DNA of 64,000 nucleotides from Nitrospirota bacterium (GTDB lineage Bacteria; Nitrospinota_A; UBA7883; JACRGQ01): NCBI GenBank assembly GCA_024275955.1, contig JAJRYD010000005.1, positions 7,480 to 71,479 of the forward strand, read 5' to 3'. Shown piece by piece: positions 59,666 to 64,000 of this stretch (position 1 is its first letter; each line of letters starts with the position of its first letter). The notes under the pieces were generated by a model. It saw only the letters and a program-made list of their open reading frames with translations, ran no database searches and was not told where the DNA came from. The position numbers and the translations under genes were made by a program.

Positions 59666-59681
59666 TGTTCCGGCTCCCTTC

Positions 59682-60206
59682 CTACTGTTCCAGCTCTTCG
59701 TCCGGCTCTGGAAGCCTTGCCTCTGCAGGGGCATCGAGGTAGGCCGCTTCATCTATCGTATCGGCCATAAAATCTATCTTCCACTCATTCGATTCTTTGT
59801 CGAGTATAAGGTTCATGTTGCTTTTTGTTGTAAAAAAATCTCCAAATATGGACGGTGTTTTTATATTGAGCTTTACCACAGCTACCATAAGGCCGTCTTT
59901 ATTCGGCTTGGTCGGCATTACGGTTTCCAAAACCTCAATTTTGGTATCTTTGGTAAAGTCTTGGGTCCATTTTCTGAAACTGTCTATATCTAGCATCATG
60001 TAGTGATCGCTGACCATAGAAAGTGCTTCCCTGCTTGTTATTTTTCCACCTTCTGAGATGAGGTCGTAAAACAGTTTGACGACCTCCTCCGGCGGGGTCT
60101 TTGGCAGTTCACCTTCAGTGGCCGGCTTTTCGTTATTGCTACTGCATCCATGCAAAAGAGCGACAGTCAGCAGAAGCAGGCTCAAAGTCTTTAATATTTT
60201 TTTCAT
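59682..60206 (-). CDS. lipoprotein of unknown function
   Basis: 174 aa. Lipobox LLHGCSS. No motif identified. A role as a Cu chaperone (NosL-like) cannot be established from sequence. Confidence 0.5.
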   Translation of the reverse strand: MKKILKTLSLLLLTVALLHGCSSNNEKPATEGELPKTPPEEVVKLFYDLISEGGKITSREALSMVSDHYMMLDIDSFRKWTQDFTKDTKIEVLETVMPTKPNKDGLMVAVVKLNIKTPSIFGDFFTTKSNMNLILDKESNEWKIDFMADTIDEAAYLDAPAEARLPEPDEELEQ

Positions 60207-60290
60207 AGTTCCCCTGCCAAGCCTAAAAAAGATAGGGCGGCTGTGCTTAACAGCACAGCCGCCCTTTAAGCTAGCAAAAATAAAAACTCT

Positions 60291-62093
60291 CTATATGGTA
60301 GGCTCGCTACCAGATTTAAGAGTGTTCCTAAGTTTGTTGGTTCCAACAAGCCATTCGGACTCGCCTTCGGAAAGAAGAAGCTCCTGCTCCGAGACTCTGT
60401 CGTAGTCGCCTACTCCAAGAGAAGCGGTGCCGCCCGGAGGATCAACAAAGAACGTTCCCCTCATCTCGAGATGAAGAGGTCCGCAGAAATGCTGACAATA
60501 GAACTCGAACTCACCAGCGACGTCGGCGGTGAACTCAGAGACCATCGACATACCACGAGGTCCGATAATCATGGTCTTTGGTCCGTAGTATCCGGCTATC
60601 ACCATACCCATAGTAACGTCCGGGTTCTTTGTAAGACCGGCCGCTTTATCTATGTTGGTAAAGATAATACGTACTTTAGCACCCTGAGGAACATGCAGGA
60701 ACCTCGGTACATAACCGTAAGAGAAAGCTTTGATACGCAGAACGTAAACATCGCCGTCTTTAGTCATGCCAGGCTTGCCGTTATCCCTCGGCACCCACCA
60801 CTTTTTCGCGTGATTGGTGTGGTGTGGCTCGATCTGAGGCCGTACTGGGCCTCTAAGGCCAGGGCGACCTTTGTCGTTGAATGAAATCTGAACATCACCC
60901 AAGCTATAGCCCTTAGTGAAGAGATCGTTACCTTTACCTGTATTCCATCTCTGGATGTAGGAAGCGAATATCTGGCGGCCTTCATGCGGCTCACCATCAA
61001 CAGGTATGATCTTGACACTCTTACCGTATGTTGGGCTGGTTTCGTCTATGTCCTGCAACTCAAAGTTAACAGCGAACACGATACCTGTAGGGGTAAAGAG
61101 TCCGGTTGAGAACTTGTTTTGAGAAACATAGTACGCGTTATCCGGCGCTATGGAATTGTGACCAACCCTGTAATGGATAGGGAACTCATCCACAAGCTGC
61201 ATCCTCTGCAGATCTACTTTGGAAGTAGAGTCAGACACGAAGCTCGATATGTAGTCGTACTTACCAAGCGTATCTATCTGGTTGTGCAGTGGGCCGGCGC
61301 CAACAGGTATAACTCTGTGAACTTTGAGCTTCTCAACATCTATTATAGAAAGAGTAGCCGAAAGCTTATCACAAACAGTAACGATTCTGCCTGTTGGGCT
61401 AACATTGGTACCGTGCGGGTTTTTACCAACTGGAATCTCTTTAATCAGCTTAAAAGGATTCTGGCTGAAAACCATTACCGCGGAGTGGTAATAGTTGCCC
61501 GAGAAAACGTATTTTCCGTTTCTACCGGTATCTGGGTAATCCGGCGCAGATGGCGCAGGTGGAATATCCAGAACAGTGGTAGCACCATCAGAAAGCCTGA
61601 GTTTCAGCATTTTACCTGTGAGCTCGCCAGTGGCGAACAGGTATTTACCGTTCGGAGAAAGCGCGGCACTGTGGTGGATACCAAAAGGTTTTGGAAGAGC
61701 AAAAATTCTCTCTGTCCAACCTGTCTGGAGGTTCACCTCCGCGATAGTGTCCGAACCTTTATCTGAAACATAAAGGTATTTTCCATCTGGAGTACCGTTG
61801 TTGTTTCCTGCGTTAGATCCCGAAAACGGGAAGTTGTGCAGATCAACACCGGTTCTTATATGTCTATATGTCCTCATCGACGGGATACCGATAACGCCTA
61901 TGGCACCATCAACGCCGCCAGCGTCGTATAGTATCGCGTAGTCACGCAGAGGGGCATCATTGTCCATTCCCTCAACAACGTGCCAATCACGTTTATCGAA
62001 ATCCGTAAGGACGACCTTCTTAGCGTCAGCAGGTACTGCACAAAGCAGTAGCGCCACAGCCAAAGAAAGGCTTAATATCATCCTTTTCTTCAA
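60291..62093 (-). CDS. NosZ-like protein: N-terminal YVTN-type beta-propeller plus C-terminal CuA-type cupredoxin domain (candidate atypical, Sec-dependent nitrous-oxide reductase)
   Basis: 600 aa. Sec-type signal peptide with no twin-arginine. Repeated YVTN-like blades (KYLYVSDKGSDTIAEV, KYLFATGE..., KYVFSGNYY...). HH pair at residues 140-141. C-terminal FYCQHFCGPLHLEM matches C-x3-C-x3-H-x2-M of CuA sites in NosZ/CoxII. Confidence 0.5.
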   Translation of the reverse strand: MKKRMILSLSLAVALLLCAVPADAKKVVLTDFDKRDWHVVEGMDNDAPLRDYAILYDAGGVDGAIGVIGIPSMRTYRHIRTGVDLHNFPFSGSNAGNNNGTPDGKYLYVSDKGSDTIAEVNLQTGWTERIFALPKPFGIHHSAALSPNGKYLFATGELTGKMLKLRLSDGATTVLDIPPAPSAPDYPDTGRNGKYVFSGNYYHSAVMVFSQNPFKLIKEIPVGKNPHGTNVSPTGRIVTVCDKLSATLSIIDVEKLKVHRVIPVGAGPLHNQIDTLGKYDYISSFVSDSTSKVDLQRMQLVDEFPIHYRVGHNSIAPDNAYYVSQNKFSTGLFTPTGIVFAVNFELQDIDETSPTYGKSVKIIPVDGEPHEGRQIFASYIQRWNTGKGNDLFTKGYSLGDVQISFNDKGRPGLRGPVRPQIEPHHTNHAKKWWVPRDNGKPGMTKDGDVYVLRIKAFSYGYVPRFLHVPQGAKVRIIFTNIDKAAGLTKNPDVTMGMVIAGYYGPKTMIIGPRGMSMVSEFTADVAGEFEFYCQHFCGPLHLEMRGTFFVDPPGGTASLGVGDYDRVSEQELLLSEGESEWLVGTNKLRNTLKSGSEPTI

Positions 62094-62111
62094 AGTAACT
62101 CACCCCCTCAA

Positions 62112-62531
62112 TTATCGTTCGTGTTTGTAGTAGGATCCTGCCGCGGCATCCGCCGCGAGTCTCTTTACTAGATAGTCATTCGGATCAAGAATGTCTATCC
62201 TGCGTGCCTGCCATTTCTTATCCTTGTAGTACCCGAAAGCGGCGATAAGATCGCCTTTCTTCAGCTCCTTGAACTTCTTGAACTCACCACGATTTGCAGT
62301 CATGACATAGCCTTCTTTGTGAAGAACCAATTTATACTTCTTGGATTTCTTCTCAAATTTAGTAGCTATAGTAAGCTTACGATTACCAATTTTAACTATC
62401 TCGCCAATATGCATGTTGTCGGTAATACTGGAACCGTTACCGAGAACACCAGCCGAAGCCGGCGCAGTCTGAGTCCCCAAAAAGAGACCCAAGGCAAAAA
62501 CAGTTGCAAGAACAAAATTTATCTTTTTCAC
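62112..62531 (-). CDS. small secreted hypothetical protein
   Basis: GTG start preceded by AAGGGGGG at 7-nt spacing. Signal peptide INFVLATVFALGLFLGTQTAPASA. A ~110-aa Lys-rich mature domain. Confidence 0.45.
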   Translation of the reverse strand: MKKINFVLATVFALGLFLGTQTAPASAGVLGNGSSITDNMHIGEIVKIGNRKLTIATKFEKKSKKYKLVLHKEGYVMTANRGEFKKFKELKKGDLIAAFGYYKDKKWQARRIDILDPNDYLVKRLAADAAAGSYYKHER

Positions 62532-62907
62532 TAGCTCACCCCCCTTCAAGATAATTACTTTTAAAAATACAATCTTTAAAAAATGCTCTATCCGATGCAT
62601 AAAGCCCCACCATTAACCCAAGTATCTACTGCAATCCATATGCCAAAAAAACATTAAATAGCTAGATAGTTACACTAACTAACTTCCCCTAAATCAGTAT
62701 ACTACAGCTATGATAATTCCTAAATCAAGCTTTAAAAACCGCAAAATCACACCAAAAATGCGGGGTTTTGAATATCTCCAATACTACCTTAAATTCCAAT
62801 GCGTTAAAGAGAGTAGAAACTTTCTCTATCTCCTTAATTATTCAAAAAACATCCGCAACATTTCGTTAATAGTTAACGAAACGCTCTACCCTATTTCGTC
62901 GATTTAT

Positions 62908-64000
62908 TTACTTACCTACCAATAACTTAGAGGCCAAATCCGGCCTGAGCTGAGCAAGCTTACTCAATTCTTCCAAAGCCTCTTTCTTCATTCCAAGCCT
63001 TTCATACGATTTGGCAAGATAGAAATATGCTTCCAGTAAATTGGGGTTTATTTTTTTCGACCATTGAAAAATATCCGAAGAGCTTCTGTAATCTCGTCTT
63101 TTGTAATACATAAAACCGAGGTCGAAAAGCGCCATCGACAGGTATGGGTCGCTCGGCGCGCTTTTGGCCGCTTCTTTATAAAGTTCCAGCTCTTTTGGAT
63201 AGTTCCGCATAGCATGTTCCACTTTCGCTTTAAGGATTTTGGTCCGCCCCTCGTAGTAACGGTCGATAGAATCGCTCAAAGCCTTATCTCTGCCGGCAAG
63301 CGGCAAAAGAGCGGTTACTTTCTGCCTACTGCTTATTAACGACGCAAAATTTGAGATAGAATTTTGCTTTCTGTTCCATACCGTTTGTGGGGCAGTGTAT
63401 TCCACTATAGGCCTGTCATCCGTATTAATGGGAAACCCTTTGGTATATTTCAAAACCGCTTCTCTATCCATAACATAAAAGCTGAGGAACGACAGCGGAT
63501 CGGAATGTTCGACCATATCTACTTTCACCGCTTCCAGCTCAAACTTTTTTGCCAGTTCCGCTGGGTTTATCTGTATAGGGTCGCTCGAGCCAAGAAGCAT
63601 CAATGCCGGCAGTTCGCTGTTTATATCGCCGGACCATACCGCGACATGCTCAAAAGCGTAGGCAAACGTCCGCATTATCACTTTCAGGTTATCGGGCGAA
63701 AGCTGATAAAGCGGAAGCCACTGAGCCATCGACCCTCCGGTCTTTAATATCTTTTTTACATTCTGAAAATGTTCAAGCGCGTAAAGACTGCCGACACCGG
63801 CGCTATCCGGCTGAAAGAGGTCGGATACCACTAGGTCGTACTTCCGCTTTGTAGCGCGGACATAATGCCTGCCGTCCCAAAAGCTTATGTTGAACCTTTT
63901 GTCGGCTACGATATTTCTATTATCCTTTTTGAAAAGCGGCTGTACATCCAAAAGGGTAGGAACTATCTCGACGCAATCTATCCGCTCAACAGTGTCGTGC
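62908..64000 (-). CDS. spermidine synthase-like / TPR protein (5' end beyond the window)
   Basis: The frame stays open to the window edge (...ERIDCVEIVPTLLDVQPLF...YDLVVSDLFQP...). It is paralogous to the C-terminal two-thirds of 53090..55978. C-terminal TPR repeats. Confidence 0.7.
   Translation of the reverse strand, partial: HDTVERIDCVEIVPTLLDVQPLFKKDNRNIVADKRFNISFWDGRHYVRATKRKYDLVVSDLFQPDSAGVGSLYALEHFQNVKKILKTGGSMAQWLPLYQLSPDNLKVIMRTFAYAFEHVAVWSGDINSELPALMLLGSSDPIQINPAELAKKFELEAVKVDMVEHSDPLSFLSFYVMDREAVLKYTKGFPINTDDRPIVEYTAPQTVWNRKQNSISNFASLISSRQKVTALLPLAGRDKALSDSIDRYYEGRTKILKAKVEHAMRNYPKELELYKEAAKSAPSDPYLSMALFDLGFMYYKRRDYRSSSDIFQWSKKINPNLLEAYFYLAKSYERLGMKKEALEELSKLAQLRPDLASKLLVGK

Noticed and set aside
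53090..62093. Expectation of nosD/nosF/nosY/nosL next to the NosZ-like gene
   Set aside because: None of the adjacent products has a NosD beta-helix/CASH, ABC ATPase or ABC-2 permease character. The adjacent lipoprotein cannot be assigned to NosL from sequence. The cluster is therefore not called a canonical nos operon.
62700..62790. Candidate rho-independent terminator after the SpeE-like/TPR gene (CCGCA...TGCGG followed by T-run on the minus strand)
   Set aside because: The stem is only 5 bp with a 15-nt loop, too weak to call.
327..63747. Numerous >100-aa ORFs antisense to annotated genes (e.g. 327..635, 661..1065, 1774..2247, 5234..6127, 6493..6897, 14556..15101, 17724..18338, 30364..30816, 32208..32675, 35036..35572, 40440..41147, 46462..47016, 55107..55640, 58048..58560, 59117..59653, 61119..61766, 63364..63747)
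   Set aside because: Each lies wholly inside a well-supported gene on the other strand. Translations are low-complexity (Ser/Leu/Pro/Arg-rich) with no motifs.
1..64000. CRISPR arrays, rRNA genes, integrases/transposases, toxin-antitoxin pairs, restriction-modification genes
   Set aside because: I scanned for short regularly spaced direct repeats, rRNA-like conserved stretches, and DDE/tyrosine recombinase or methyltransferase motifs. None was found. The only interspersed repeats are the 130-bp MITE-like copies, which are irregularly spaced and carry terminal inverted repeats, not CRISPR-like.

Overview
This looks like a chromosomal segment from a Gram-negative (diderm) bacterium, roughly 50% GC. 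Coding is dense and almost entirely on the minus strand up to about 45 kb. It holds the conserved tsaE-lptC-lptA-lptB-rpoN-hpf block, a two-component pair (GAF histidine kinase plus receiver-TPR regulator), a five-gene polysaccharide operon, ftsK, nadB, a GDPD phosphodiesterase, a GlyGly-CTERM M6 metalloprotease with its rhombosortase, a U32 peptidase, and a Kv-type K+ channel with a C-terminal zinc ribbon. It also carries a complete 12-gene MSHA-type type IV pilus locus, then birA-coaX, a CheY, a cytochrome c', tRNA-Gln, and a GT-C-like membrane protein in an operon with a pentaheme cytochrome. The most unusual region is a tight minus-strand operon (~53.1-62.6 kb) encoding a NosZ-like beta-propeller/CuA-cupredoxin protein, a Rieske-less split cytochrome b6 / subunit-IV-cytochrome-c pair, two Vgb/NHL-type beta-propellers and a fused MFS-spermidine-synthase-like-TPR protein. 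Six same-orientation copies of a ~130 bp MITE/REP-like element with 12-bp terminal inverted repeats sit in intergenic spacers. No CRISPR array, rRNA, integrase or transposase gene was seen.
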